Numbered from the stretch's first letter, positions 45,136 to 55,461 are shown. The stretch: 64,000 nucleotides of DNA from an uncultured Sedimentitalea sp. (GCA_947504115.1 CANNGH010000007.1:61904-125903); one strand, 5' to 3'. Numbers and translations: made by a program. The notes: generated by a model from the letters alone, not told the origin.

Positions 45136-47514
45136 TCAGTCGTAGTTGCCCTTGACCCGCTCTTTCTTGGGATCGAAATGCGGATAGGGAACGATCGTCG
45201 CCTTCAGACGCTTCTGATCGCCGTCAAGCTGGCCGACCTCGACCTCGGTGCCGTATTCGGCATGGGCGATGTCCATCCGCGCGAGCGCGATGACCTTGCC
45301 CAGGATCGGGGATTTCATCGCCGATGTGATCTCGCCGATCTGCGGCTTGCCGATATGGACGCAGTTGCCCGGCACCGGCACGATGCCGCCTTCCAGATCC
45401 AGCCCGACCATCTTGCGCTGCGGATGTGCCTTGCGGCGCTCCAGCGCGGCGCGGCCGATGAAATCGTCTTCCTTGGTTTTCAGCGGCACGGTAAAGCCGA
45501 TCCCGGCCTCCATCGGATCGGTCTGGTCGTTGAACTCGGACCCGGCGAAGATCAGCCCGGCCTCGATGCGCAGCATGTCGAGCGCGGCCAGCCCCAGCGG
45601 GATCATGCCCATCGGCTCTCCGACCTTCCAGATCGCGTCGAACACGGCTTCGGCATCCTTGGGGTGGCAGAACACCTCGTACCCCAGTTCACCGGAATAG
45701 CCGGTGCGGCTGACGACGACCGAGGGGCCGTGGAAATCGCCGATACGACCGATGGTCAGGCGGAACCAGTCCAGTTCCTCCAGCGTCGAGCGCTCCGGCG
45801 GGGTCCAGATCACTTCTTTCAGGATGTCGCGCGACAGCGGACCCTGCACGGCGACGTTGCAAAGATGGTCGGTCGAGGCCCGCACCCAGACATTGAGGTT
45901 ACGTTCGACCGCCTGCTTGCGCAGCCACAGGCCCGACAGGTCATTGCCCCCGATCCAGCGGAAGTTGGTTTCGCCCAGACGGTACACCGTGCCGTCATCG
46001 ATCATGCCGCCATGCTCGTAGCACATCGCGGTATAGACGATGCCGCCGACCGACAGCTTCTTGATGTTGCGGGTCACGCAAAGCTGCATCAGTTCCTCGG
46101 CGTCGGGGCCGGTCACCTCGTATTTGCGCAGCGGCGACAGGTCCATGATCACGGCCTTTTCGCGCGCCGCCCAGTATTCGGCGATGGCGCCGTGATTGCT
46201 CATCTGGTTGGGCAGCCAATAGCCCTGATATTCGACGAAATCCCGGGTGTGCCGCGCAAAGCAATCGTGAAAACCGGTCTTTTTCGTTTCTTCCATATCC
46301 GCCTCCGGAAGTTTCCGCCAGCCGATGGAGCGGCTGAATTCATTGGATTTATCGTATGTCCGGACCTGAATGTCCGTGGGATTCCAGCCGTTTGCCGGGT
46401 CGATGTCGCAGGGGCACGCCGTCGAGACGCAGACCAGATCGGTCATTGCGCGCAGCAGGACGTAATCGCCGGGACGCGAATAGGGATCGTCCATGGTGAT
46501 CGCGTGGTTGTCGTCCAGCATCGTGTTGAAGAAAAAGTTGATCGCCGGCCAGCCGCCGCGCGGACGCACGCCATAGCGGTCCATCTCGATGTTGATGTTG
46601 TCCGAACAGTTGATATGGCCGGGATAGCCCAGATCCTCGTAATAGCGCGCGGTGCAGGACAGCCCGAAGGTGTCATGCCGCCCGACGGTGTCCTGCACGA
46701 TCTCGACCAGACGCTCCTGATCCGAGGAGCAGTAGCGCGAGAACAGCCCCGGATTGGGATAGAGCGACCCCATCAGCGACCGCGTCGTGGTCGGATCGAT
46801 CTCGCGCTCGAGCCCGTTGTCCAGCGCGCGCATCGAAAACGCCTGAAAGTCGGAGCATTCGCGGCCCTGAACGTCCAGCACCTGGATATACTGGCCCTTG
46901 CGGACCTCGTAGGCGCGGGCCTCGCCGGGCAGGATGTTCATGTCGATCAACGGATCGGCCAGCGGTTCGGGCGCCAGAAGCTTGCCCTTTTCGTTGCCCG
47001 GATTGGCGCGACGGACATAAAGCGCGACCTCGGTCGGCGCCCATTGCTCGTGCGGCTCCATCGGCGTGCCGGGGGCGCAGACGATCAGCAGACCGTCGCT
47101 GGTGGCGGTAAAGGTCTGCTGATCGCCGGCGCGCGATCCGTCGCCGAAAACCAGCGTGCCGTCGGCGCGACCGATATCGAAACCGGCGGCATCCAGCGCG
47201 CGCAGCACCTTGGCGCCGGACTTGTCGCCCATCAGCGCGGCCTTCAGGCCATCGGGATCGCGCCCGCCGCGCGCACCGATCATGCCGGCATCCGAAGTGC
47301 CGTCGGGCGCGAAGAACACCATCTCGACCGGCTGCAGGCCTTCGCGGTCCTGAATGGTGATCTCGTCACCTTGCGAAATCCGCACGGCTCGGCTACCACC
47401 GCCGGGGATCGGATGTCGTTCCACCCCGTGGGGCAGGATCGGCAAGCCGTGCGTCACCACGCCGGCACGCTCATAGGGATTCTGGAAGATTACGTTGGTG
47501 TTCATGGTATTCAT
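45136..47514 (-). CDS. tdm: trimethylamine-N-oxide demethylase (DUF1989 N-terminal domain + GcvT-like tetrahydrofolate-binding C-terminal domain)
   Basis: The ORF reaches 47559, but ATG 47514 (MNTMNTNVIFQNPYERAG…) has GAGGGGGA 8 nt upstream. The N-terminal ~400 aa form a Cys-rich DUF1989-type region (…CSDNINIEM…VCVSTACPCDIDP…). The C-terminal ~380 aa are an aminomethyltransferase fold (…SRTGYSGELGYEVF…). This two-domain architecture is that of Tdm. Confidence 0.85.
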   Translation of the reverse strand: MNTMNTNVIFQNPYERAGVVTHGLPILPHGVERHPIPGGGSRAVRISQGDEITIQDREGLQPVEMVFFAPDGTSDAGMIGARGGRDPDGLKAALMGDKSGAKVLRALDAAGFDIGRADGTLVFGDGSRAGDQQTFTATSDGLLIVCAPGTPMEPHEQWAPTEVALYVRRANPGNEKGKLLAPEPLADPLIDMNILPGEARAYEVRKGQYIQVLDVQGRECSDFQAFSMRALDNGLEREIDPTTTRSLMGSLYPNPGLFSRYCSSDQERLVEIVQDTVGRHDTFGLSCTARYYEDLGYPGHINCSDNINIEMDRYGVRPRGGWPAINFFFNTMLDDNHAITMDDPYSRPGDYVLLRAMTDLVCVSTACPCDIDPANGWNPTDIQVRTYDKSNEFSRSIGWRKLPEADMEETKKTGFHDCFARHTRDFVEYQGYWLPNQMSNHGAIAEYWAAREKAVIMDLSPLRKYEVTGPDAEELMQLCVTRNIKKLSVGGIVYTAMCYEHGGMIDDGTVYRLGETNFRWIGGNDLSGLWLRKQAVERNLNVWVRASTDHLCNVAVQGPLSRDILKEVIWTPPERSTLEELDWFRLTIGRIGDFHGPSVVVSRTGYSGELGYEVFCHPKDAEAVFDAIWKVGEPMGMIPLGLAALDMLRIEAGLIFAGSEFNDQTDPMEAGIGFTVPLKTKEDDFIGRAALERRKAHPQRKMVGLDLEGGIVPVPGNCVHIGKPQIGEITSAMKSPILGKVIALARMDIAHAEYGTEVEVGQLDGDQKRLKATIVPYPHFDPKKERVKGNYD

Positions 47515-47775
47515 GACGGCGTCCCCCTCGATAGGGTCATAGGTGACTTCAAAGGCCATTCACGGCGCTGGCCGACGCAGAGGTTGCAGGCGACCGAATC
47601 GTTTTTCGGCCTGCCCCCAATGTGGCAACCAATTGGCTTTTCTCTGAATGTTTTTTTGATATTCTCTGCCCCAGTTAATTAGCGCCAGAGGGCCGTTCGC
47701 CATGTGTTTTCCATCGTGCACCATGCCTGCCATCGAATCGCGGGACGAACGGCAAATCCGGGGGCGTCTGGCAGC

Positions 47776-48708
47776 ATGAAAAAAGGCAACCCATCGCTGC
47801 CGCCGCTGGACTATCTTCTCGCGTTCGAGGCCGCAGCGGAAAGCCAGAGCTTTGTCGGCGCCTCGCGCAAGCTCAACATCAGCGAGACCGCCATCAGCCG
47901 GAAGGTGCGGTTGCTGGAGCATCACTATAACGTGCCGTTGTTCATGCGCGGCCATCGCTCGATCCACCTGACCCCGCAGGGACAGCGGTTTCTCAGCCAG
48001 ATCAAGCCGGCCCTGCAGGGGTTGCGCGACGCCTCGCGCCGGATTGTCTCGGAACACCAGGTCCGGCCGGTCACGCTGGCCGCGACCAATTCGGTGGCCG
48101 CGCTCTGGCTGATGCCGCGCCTTCAGGCGTTCAACCGCGCCAACAAGCATATCAAGATCATGCTGGTCGCGTCGGACAACGATGCCGAGTGTCTGGCCGA
48201 TTCCGTCGATCTGGCGATCCTGCGCGGCAGCGGCGACTGGCCGGATCACGAGGCGCGGCTGCTGTTCGGCGAGACGATATTCCCGGTCTGCGCACCCGAA
48301 TACATGGCCGCGAATCCGGGCGTGCAGAACCTCGCGGATCTGCCGAAACAGGATCTGATCGAGGTCGCCTCGGCGCGCAGCGAATGGATGAACTGGAACA
48401 TCTGGCTGTCCCGGATCGGCAGCACGACGGCGGATCTGGATCAGGCGGCGCTGTTCAACACCTACCCGCTTGCGGTGCAGGCCGCCGTCGACGGGCTGGG
48501 CGTTGCGCTGGGCTGGGGGCATCTGGTGGATCGGCAACTGGAGGCGGGCACGCTGGTGCGCCCGCTGGACGAACGGCAGGTGCGCACCGAACAGGGATAT
48601 TACCTGCTGCGCCCGCGAAAAGCCGATCAGTTCGACGAATGCCGCGTGGTCGAGGACTGGCTGATCGAGGTCAGCGCCGCGGCGCCCAGATACGGCCCCA
48701 CCCCGTAA
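47776..48708 (+). CDS. LysR family transcriptional regulator (GcvA-like)
   Basis: ORF 47704..48708 trimmed to ATG 47776 (MKKGNPSLPPLDYLLAFEAAAESQSFVGASRKLNISETAISRKVRLLE…). It is divergent from tdm and upstream of the oxidase genes. Confidence 0.85.
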   Translation: MKKGNPSLPPLDYLLAFEAAAESQSFVGASRKLNISETAISRKVRLLEHHYNVPLFMRGHRSIHLTPQGQRFLSQIKPALQGLRDASRRIVSEHQVRPVTLAATNSVAALWLMPRLQAFNRANKHIKIMLVASDNDAECLADSVDLAILRGSGDWPDHEARLLFGETIFPVCAPEYMAANPGVQNLADLPKQDLIEVASARSEWMNWNIWLSRIGSTTADLDQAALFNTYPLAVQAAVDGLGVALGWGHLVDRQLEAGTLVRPLDERQVRTEQGYYLLRPRKADQFDECRVVEDWLIEVSAAAPRYGPTP

Positions 48709-48810
48709 AAAACGCAGCGATGTCGGATCCGGTAAGGTGATTGTCCGATCCGAAGGTTAACAACACAATGCTTATGCGCAATATCGTGTCGCAAATGAAT
48801 GAGGTCATCC

Positions 48811-50061
48811 ATGAGCTATTCGGGTTTTCGAGTCATCAAGGAAGCGCTGAGGGGACACACGGGCTGGAAGCCCGCGTGGCGAAATCCCGAGCCCCAGTCG
48901 AGTTATGATTACATCGTGATCGGCGCTGGCGGGCACGGGCTGGCCACAGCCTATTACCTGGCCAAGGAATACGGCAAGAAGCGGATCGCCGTTCTGGAAA
49001 AGGGCTGGCTGGGCGGCGGCAACGTCGGACGCAACACCACCATCATCCGCTCGAACTACATGCTGGACGGCAACGAACCCTTCTACGAATTCTCGATGAA
49101 GAAGTGGGAAGGGCTGGAGCAGGAACTGAACTATAACGCGATGGTCAGCCAGCGCGGCATTCTCAACCTGATCCACAGCGACCCGCAGCGCGACGCGTTC
49201 GTCCGGCGCGGCAATGCCATGATGCTGAACGGCGCGGATGCCGAACTGCTCAGCGTCGAGCAGATCCGGGCGCGCTATCCCTTCCTGAACTTCAACGACG
49301 CGCGTTTCCCGATCAAGGGCGGTCTGGCCCAGCATCGCGGCGGCACCGTGCGCCATGACGCCGTGGCCTGGGGCTATGCCCGCGCGGCGGACCGTCTTGG
49401 CGTGGACATCATCCAGAACTGCGAAGTCACCGGCTTTCGCATCGAGAACGGCGTTTGCAAGGGCGTCGAGACCTCGCGCGGCTATATCGGCGGGAACAAG
49501 ATCGCCAGCTGCGTCGCGGGTTCGTCCTCGCGGCTGATGTCCAAGGCGGGCATGCGCCTGCCGATCGAAAGCACGGTCTTGCAGGCGTTCGTCACCGAGG
49601 GCCTGAAGCCGGTCCTGCCGGGGGTCATCACCTTCGGCGCCGGGCATTTCTATTGCAGCCAGTCCGACAAGGGCGGCCTGGTGTTCGGCGGCGACCCGGA
49701 CGGCTACAACACCTATGCCCAGCGTGGCAACCTGCCCACGGTCGAGGATGTCTGCGAAAGCGGCATGGCCCTGATCCCGGCGATCGGTCGCGCACGGATG
49801 CTGCGCATGTGGGGCGGCGTGATGGACATGAGCATGGACGGCTCGCCGATCATCGACAAGACCGATATCGACGGTCTCTATTTCAACGGCGGCTGGTGCT
49901 ACGGCGGGTTCAAGGCGACCCCCGCATCCGGCATGTGCTATGCGCATCTGCTGGCCACAGACACCCCCCACGAATACGCCAAGGCCTATCGTTTCGACCG
50001 CTTCCGCCGCGGTTACGTCATCGATGAAAAAGGCATGGGCGCGCAGCCCAACCTGCATTGA
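48811..50061 (+). CDS. soxB: heterotetrameric sarcosine oxidase beta-subunit family protein (SoxB, or N-methylglutamate dehydrogenase MgdA)
   Basis: ATG 48811 has GAGG 6 nt upstream (MSYSGFRVIKEALRGHTGWKPAW…). The FAD motif is DYIVIGAGGHGLATAYYLA. Confidence 0.85.
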   Translation: MSYSGFRVIKEALRGHTGWKPAWRNPEPQSSYDYIVIGAGGHGLATAYYLAKEYGKKRIAVLEKGWLGGGNVGRNTTIIRSNYMLDGNEPFYEFSMKKWEGLEQELNYNAMVSQRGILNLIHSDPQRDAFVRRGNAMMLNGADAELLSVEQIRARYPFLNFNDARFPIKGGLAQHRGGTVRHDAVAWGYARAADRLGVDIIQNCEVTGFRIENGVCKGVETSRGYIGGNKIASCVAGSSSRLMSKAGMRLPIESTVLQAFVTEGLKPVLPGVITFGAGHFYCSQSDKGGLVFGGDPDGYNTYAQRGNLPTVEDVCESGMALIPAIGRARMLRMWGGVMDMSMDGSPIIDKTDIDGLYFNGGWCYGGFKATPASGMCYAHLLATDTPHEYAKAYRFDRFRRGYVIDEKGMGAQPNLH

Positions 50062-50071
50062 GGAACACGCG

Positions 50072-50359
50072 ATGATCATCAATCACCCGCTTCTTGGACC
50101 GCGCGACGCGCAGGAATTCACCTATCTGGGCGATGCATCCCTGATCGACCGCCCGGATTGGCAGGCCGAGGACGCGCAGCAGCAGTTCTATGAATACACC
50201 TACCTGCGCGAGAACCCCGCAGGCGAGCATCGGGAGCTCTGGTTTCACGAGGCCGGCGACCGGTCCTGGCTTGTGGTGACGCGCAACACGCTGACCCACG
50301 AAATCTCCAACGTTGAAATGGCCAGTGACGTGGCCCGCGCACGGGGGCGCAGCAAATGA
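50072..50359 (+). CDS. soxD: sarcosine oxidase delta-subunit family protein (SoxD/MgdB)
   Basis: Lies within ORF 49940..50359. ATG 50072 gives MIINHPLLGPRDAQEFTYLGDASLIDRPDW…, a 95-aa protein at the typical position between the beta and alpha subunits. Confidence 0.8.
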   Translation: MIINHPLLGPRDAQEFTYLGDASLIDRPDWQAEDAQQQFYEYTYLRENPAGEHRELWFHEAGDRSWLVVTRNTLTHEISNVEMASDVARARGRSK

Positions 50360-53300
50360 CCTATACGAACCGGGCAGACGGCAGCCAGATCAACCAGCCC
50401 GCCGCGTCGGGCGTGCGCGCTCAGTCAAGCGGCGGCTCCGGCAAATCGCAGGTCAACCGGCTGCGCGGCGGCCAGATCGACCCGCAGCAAACGCTCAGCT
50501 TCAGCTTTGACGGCAAGAAGTATCAGGGCCATCCCGGCGATACGCTGGCCTCGGCCCTGCTGGCCAACAACGTGCGCCTGATGGGGCGGTCGTTCAAATA
50601 TCACCGCCCGCGCGGCGTTCTGACATCGGGCAGCGCCGAACCGAACGCGCTGGTCGAATTGCGCACCGGCGCGCGGCAGGAACCCAACACCCGCGCCACC
50701 ACCGCCGAATTGTTCGACGGGCTGGTGGCGAAAAGCCAGAACCGCTCGCCCTCGCTCAAGTACGACTTCATGGCGATCAACGACCGCTTCTCGAACTTCC
50801 TGACGGCGGGGTTCTACTACAAGACCTTCATGTGGCCCAAGGCGTTCTGGGAAAAGCTGTATGAACCGATCATCCGCAAGGCCGCCGGCCTTGGCTCGCT
50901 GTCGTTTGAGGACGATCCGGACGAATATGACAAGGGCTTCCTGCACTGCGATCTGCTGATCGTCGGCGGCGGTCCTTCGGGTCTGGCAGCGGCCCTGACG
51001 GCCGGGCGCGCCGGCGCTCGGGTGATCCTTGCGGACGAGGATTTCATGTTCGGCGGCCGGCTGAACGGCGAAACCTTCGACATCGGCGATCAGATCGGGC
51101 GTGAATGGGTCGCGGCGGCGGTGGCGGAATTGCATGCCATGCCCAATGTGCGCTGCATGTCCCGCACCACGATCAACGGCGCGTTCGATCACGGCATCTA
51201 CAGCGCGGTCGAGCGGGTCTCGGACCATCTGCCAGTGCCGCCCGAGGGCAAGCCGCGCCAGATCCTGTGGCGCATCTACACCAAGCGCACGCTGCTTTGC
51301 GCCGGTGCCATCGAGCGGCCGATCGCCTTTGAAAACAACGACCGTCCCGGTATCATGCTGGCCAGCGCCATGCGCGACTATGCCAATCGCTGGGCGGTGA
51401 CGGCGGCACAGAAGGTGGCCGTTTTCACCAACAACGACGACGGGCACCGCACCGCTGTCGATCTGATCGCCAAGGGCGTCAAGGTCGCCGCCGTGATCGA
51501 CACCCGCACCGATGCCCCCCGTATCGCCGATTGCGAATTGCTGGCGGGCGCGCAGGTGATCGACACTGCCGGTCGTCTGGGGCTGAACTTCGTCAAGGTC
51601 CGGTTGGCCGACGGAACCGACCGCAACATCGAATGCGGCGCTCTGGGCGTTTCGGGTGGCTGGAATCCCAACGTGCACCTGTCCTCCCACCAGCGCGGCC
51701 GCCCGGTCTGGAACGATCAGATCGCGGCCTTCGTGCCGGGACCGGACGGCCCTCCGGGATTGACCGCAGCCGGCGCGGCGAACGGCGATTTCTCGACCGC
51801 AGCCGCGTTGAAAACCGGCAGCGCGCAGGCCGCTGCGGCGCTGAGCGATCTCGGCATGAAGGCCAGCACCATCGACCTGCCCGAGACCGAGGATGCGCAA
51901 CCCAACCAGACTCCGTTCTGGTATGTCAAATACGGCAAGGGCCGGGCCTGGATCGATCAGCAGAACGACGTCACCGTGAAGGACGTCAAGCTGGCCCATC
52001 AGGAGAATTACCGCTCGGTCGAGCATCTCAAGCGTTACACGACGCTGGGCATGGCGACCGATCAGGGCAAGACCAGCAACATGGGCGGCCTGGCGATCAT
52101 GGCCGAACTGACCGGCCAGTCGATCCCCGAGACCGGCACCACGATCTTCCGCCCGCCCTACAGCCCCGTCCCCATGGGGACATGGGGCGGACGCGCGCGC
52201 GGCAAGCATTTCCACCCGACGCGCGAGACCCCGAGCCACAAATGGGCGGTCGAGAACGGCGCGACATTCGTCGAGGTCGGCAACTGGCTGCGCGCGCAGT
52301 GGTTCACCAAGCCGGGTGAAACCCATTGGCGCGAAAGCGTGGACCGCGAGGTTCGGGCCGTGCGCGAATCGGTCGGTGTCTGCGATGTGACGACGCTGGG
52401 CAAGATCGACGTGCAGGGCACGGACGCGGCGCAGTTCCTCAACAAGGTCTATGCCAACGCGTTTGCGAAACTGGCCGTCGGCAAGACCCGCTATGGCCTG
52501 ATGCTGCGCGAAGATGGCGTTGCCATGGATGACGGCACCACCGCCCGTCTGTCCGAGCATCATTTCGTGATGACGACGACCACCGCCAACGCGGTGAATG
52601 TCTATCGTCACATGGAATTCGTGCGCCAGTGCCTGTTCCCGGACATGGACGTGCAACTGATCTCGACCACCGAGGCCTGGGCGCAATACGCCGTTGCCGG
52701 ACCGAACAGCCGCAAGCTGCTGCAAAAGATCGTGGACCCGGAATTCGACATCTCGAACGAGGGCTTCGAATTCATGGCCTGCCGCGAGATCACCGTTTGC
52801 GGTGGCCTGCGTGCGCGCCTGTTTCGGATTTCCTTCTCGGGCGAAATGGCCTTCGAACTTGCCGTTCCGACCCGCTATGGCGATGCGCTGATGCGGCGGC
52901 TGATGGAGGAAGGCAAGGAATTCGATGTCGTCGCCTATGGCACCGAAGCCCTGGGCGTGATGCGGATCGAAAAGGGTCACGCCGCCGGCAACGAGCTGAA
53001 CGGCACGATCAACGCGCTGAACCTCGGGATGGGGCGGATGGTGTCCAAGAAGAAGGACAGCATCGGCTCGACCATGTCGGAGCGCGAGGGCATGAACCTG
53101 CCCGATGCGCTGAACATGGTCGGCTTCAAGCCGGTCAACAGCGCCGACAAGGTGACGGCCGGTGGCCATCTGATGACCAAGGGTTCGCCCGTAGATGCGG
53201 CCCACGATCAGGGATATGTCACCTCGGCATGCTACTCGCCGATCCTGAATTCCTCGATCGGGCTGGGTTTCCTCAAGGACGGGGCCAATCGGATGGGCGA

Positions 53301-53400
53301 AATCGTGAGCCTTGTCAGTCCGTTGACCGACCTGAATGTAGATGTCGAAGTCGTCAATCCGCAGTTCGTGGATCCAGAGGGAGTACGTGTCCGTGCATGA
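50356..53400 (+). CDS. soxA: sarcosine oxidase alpha-subunit family protein (SoxA/MgdC) with a GcvT-like folate-binding C-terminus
   Basis: 1014 aa. The dinucleotide motif is LIVGGGPSGLAAALTAGRAG. The C-terminal aminomethyltransferase fold includes (…ISFSGEMAFELAV…). Its start overlaps the soxD stop as ATGA. Confidence 0.9.
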   Translation: MTYTNRADGSQINQPAASGVRAQSSGGSGKSQVNRLRGGQIDPQQTLSFSFDGKKYQGHPGDTLASALLANNVRLMGRSFKYHRPRGVLTSGSAEPNALVELRTGARQEPNTRATTAELFDGLVAKSQNRSPSLKYDFMAINDRFSNFLTAGFYYKTFMWPKAFWEKLYEPIIRKAAGLGSLSFEDDPDEYDKGFLHCDLLIVGGGPSGLAAALTAGRAGARVILADEDFMFGGRLNGETFDIGDQIGREWVAAAVAELHAMPNVRCMSRTTINGAFDHGIYSAVERVSDHLPVPPEGKPRQILWRIYTKRTLLCAGAIERPIAFENNDRPGIMLASAMRDYANRWAVTAAQKVAVFTNNDDGHRTAVDLIAKGVKVAAVIDTRTDAPRIADCELLAGAQVIDTAGRLGLNFVKVRLADGTDRNIECGALGVSGGWNPNVHLSSHQRGRPVWNDQIAAFVPGPDGPPGLTAAGAANGDFSTAAALKTGSAQAAAALSDLGMKASTIDLPETEDAQPNQTPFWYVKYGKGRAWIDQQNDVTVKDVKLAHQENYRSVEHLKRYTTLGMATDQGKTSNMGGLAIMAELTGQSIPETGTTIFRPPYSPVPMGTWGGRARGKHFHPTRETPSHKWAVENGATFVEVGNWLRAQWFTKPGETHWRESVDREVRAVRESVGVCDVTTLGKIDVQGTDAAQFLNKVYANAFAKLAVGKTRYGLMLREDGVAMDDGTTARLSEHHFVMTTTTANAVNVYRHMEFVRQCLFPDMDVQLISTTEAWAQYAVAGPNSRKLLQKIVDPEFDISNEGFEFMACREITVCGGLRARLFRISFSGEMAFELAVPTRYGDALMRRLMEEGKEFDVVAYGTEALGVMRIEKGHAAGNELNGTINALNLGMGRMVSKKKDSIGSTMSEREGMNLPDALNMVGFKPVNSADKVTAGGHLMTKGSPVDAAHDQGYVTSACYSPILNSSIGLGFLKDGANRMGEIVSLVSPLTDLNVDVEVVNPQFVDPEGVRVRA

Positions 53401-53959
53401 TTTGAAACCGATTACGCCCCTCTGGGGCACCGCCGCGCAGATCGACAACCTTGGCGACATGCGCATTTCGGAATGCCCCGACTGGGCGCTTGCCTCGATC
53501 GCGGCCCGCCGTGGGCAGGAGGACGCGATGGCCGCTGCCGCCAACAAGTTCCTTGGCGTGGCGCTTCCCGATGTGGCCCGTAGTGCCAGCAAGGACCCGT
53601 TCACCGCGTTCTGGACCGGTCCGCATCAATGGATGATCGAGGCACCGCACGACACCCACGAGGATCTGGCCGCACAGGTCAAATCCGCGCTGGGCGAGAG
53701 CGCCTCCGTGACCGAGCAGACCGACGGCTGGGTGCGCTTCGATCTGGAAGGGCCGCATTGCGATGACGTTCTGGAACTGCTGTGCAACGCCGATACACGG
53801 ACCATGGAACAGGGTGACGTCACGCGGACGCAGCTTGAGCATCTGGGATGTTTCCTGATCTGCCGCGCCGCTGGCACCCATTTCAGCGTGCTCGGCCCGC
53901 GCTCTTCGGCCGGATCGCTGCACCACGCGCTGATCACCGCCACCAAAAGCGCGACCTGA
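53387..53959 (+). CDS. soxG: sarcosine oxidase gamma-subunit family protein (SoxG/MgdD)
   Basis: Within ORF 53342..53959. The likely start is GTG 53387 or GTG 53393, downstream of GAGGGAG (53377..53383), overlapping the soxA stop. The sequence is …HDLKPITPLWGTAAQIDNLGDMRISECPDWALASIAARRG…. Confidence 0.75.
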   Translation: MSVHDLKPITPLWGTAAQIDNLGDMRISECPDWALASIAARRGQEDAMAAAANKFLGVALPDVARSASKDPFTAFWTGPHQWMIEAPHDTHEDLAAQVKSALGESASVTEQTDGWVRFDLEGPHCDDVLELLCNADTRTMEQGDVTRTQLEHLGCFLICRAAGTHFSVLGPRSSAGSLHHALITATKSAT

Positions 53960-54081
53960 CCCCGCGCCTCCGGGCGCGTTGCGAAAATCACGTGGTCCGC
54001 TTCGGCGGGCCACTTTCGTTTCACTGCTGCCAAATGCGTTGAAACGTGGTACGATTGCACCTCGCCTGAGGGGGGTGCATC

Positions 54082-54426
54082 ATGCTCCGATTGATTGCCG
54101 TGTTGCTTCTCGGTTCGTGGGCGACAACTGCCTTTCCGCAGAACTGCTCGGAAATCCGATTCGACCGTGGCAGTTCCTCGGGCGAGGTCGGGGGGCAAGT
54201 TACCGAAGGCTGGCCGATGTGCTTCGTGTTCGGAACCGGTGCCGGCCAGTTGGCACGGTTACAGCTTTTCGGCAGCGAAAATACCTGCTTTACCGTGCCA
54301 GGCGTGATCGATTGCCAGGACGATTACAGCTTCTACACCGGATCGGGCGTTTATCAGGTCAATGTATTTCAGCTGTTTCGCAGCACCGCATCAGAGCAAT
54401 TCACCCTGCGTCTGTCAATCCGATAG
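54082..54426 (+). CDS. hypothetical small secreted protein (4 Cys)
   Basis: 114 aa. The signal peptide is MLRLIAVLLLGSWATTAFPQ and the mature part has four cysteines. No family recognised. Confidence 0.5.
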   Translation: MLRLIAVLLLGSWATTAFPQNCSEIRFDRGSSSGEVGGQVTEGWPMCFVFGTGAGQLARLQLFGSENTCFTVPGVIDCQDDYSFYTGSGVYQVNVFQLFRSTASEQFTLRLSIR

Positions 54427-54453
54427 CCCGTAACGGCGTGCCGATGTCGCCCT

Positions 54454-55461
54454 TCAGGTCGAGGGGATCGAGCGGTTGTTCTCGACCCGGAACATGTTGA
54501 TCGTCTTGCGGTCGTCCTCGGGACTGAGGCCGAAGGACTGGGTGTAATGGCGCACCATCGGCGCCGCGGTCGCATAGCCGACCGCGTTGGCGATCTCGGT
54601 CATCGTGTCCTTCGAATACAGCACAAGCTGGCGCGCCGCGTTCATCCGCAACGAGCGATAATAATGCGACGGGCTTTGTCCGGTCGCACTCTTGAAGCTC
54701 CGCTCAAGCTGGCGCGCAGAGACGCCGATGGCCTTTGCCACGTCATAGACGCCGATGGGTTCGTCGATATGATCGGCAAAGATGTCGACCGCCTGCGCGA
54801 CGACCGGCGGCAGCATGTCGGATGTGCTTCGATTGTGCACCGTCGGAATTTTCTGACGAACTCCCTGCCCGCGCACCAGCGGATGCTGGAACCAGCAGGC
54901 GACCTCGGTCGTGACGTCGTCACCCAGCTTTTCCTCGATCAGATGCAACATCAGGTCGAACGCCGCCGTGGCCCCCGACACGGTATAACGATTGCGGTCA
55001 ATCTTGATCACGTCGTCTGTCATCAGATGATCGGGAAATTCGGCGGCAAAGGCGGCCTCGTAACACCAATGGACGCTGCACGCATGCCCCGCCATCAGCC
55101 CCGATCGTGCCAGCGGGAAAACCCCGCCGCTGATCCCGCCCATCCGGACCCCGTGCCGGGCCAGCCGCCGCATGAGCCCGTCAGACGCCTTGGGGTTTTC
55201 GAACGTGGATTGCGGACTGCTGAGCAGGAACAGGTAGTCCAGCCCATCCGCCTGATCGAGCGACAGATCCGGATCGAACCCGACCTGCGCGCTCGAGCGC
55301 ACGCGCTCGCCCTGTTCCGAGATCAGCTTCCAGCCGAACGCGGTTTCCCCGGCAATCTCGTTCGCCGCGCGCAAGGGTTCGATGGCCGAGGTAAGACAGG
55401 CCATCGGAAAACCCGGAAAGATCAAAAAACCCAAAACCGTTGATTTTTCCGCTCCGATCAT
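54454..55461 (-). CDS. GlxA-family transcriptional regulator (DJ-1/PfpI-like GATase-1 domain + AraC HTH; GbdR/SouR/CdhR class)
   Basis: ORF 54454..55785 trimmed to ATG 55461 (MIGAEKSTVLGFLIFPGFPMACLTSAIEPLRAANE…). The C-terminal AraC HTH is (…YDVAKAIGVSARQLERSFK…TEIANAVGYATAAPMVRHY). Confidence 0.85.
   Translation of the reverse strand: MIGAEKSTVLGFLIFPGFPMACLTSAIEPLRAANEIAGETAFGWKLISEQGERVRSSAQVGFDPDLSLDQADGLDYLFLLSSPQSTFENPKASDGLMRRLARHGVRMGGISGGVFPLARSGLMAGHACSVHWCYEAAFAAEFPDHLMTDDVIKIDRNRYTVSGATAAFDLMLHLIEEKLGDDVTTEVACWFQHPLVRGQGVRQKIPTVHNRSTSDMLPPVVAQAVDIFADHIDEPIGVYDVAKAIGVSARQLERSFKSATGQSPSHYYRSLRMNAARQLVLYSKDTMTEIANAVGYATAAPMVRHYTQSFGLSPEDDRKTINMFRVENNRSIPST

Noticed and set aside
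45178-47682. 834-aa plus-strand ORF opposite tdm
   Set aside because: Shadow ORF. The minus strand encodes the DUF1989 + GcvT architecture.
50425-53604. 1059-aa minus-strand ORF opposite soxA/mgdC
   Set aside because: Shadow ORF. The plus strand has the FAD motif and the aminomethyltransferase fold.
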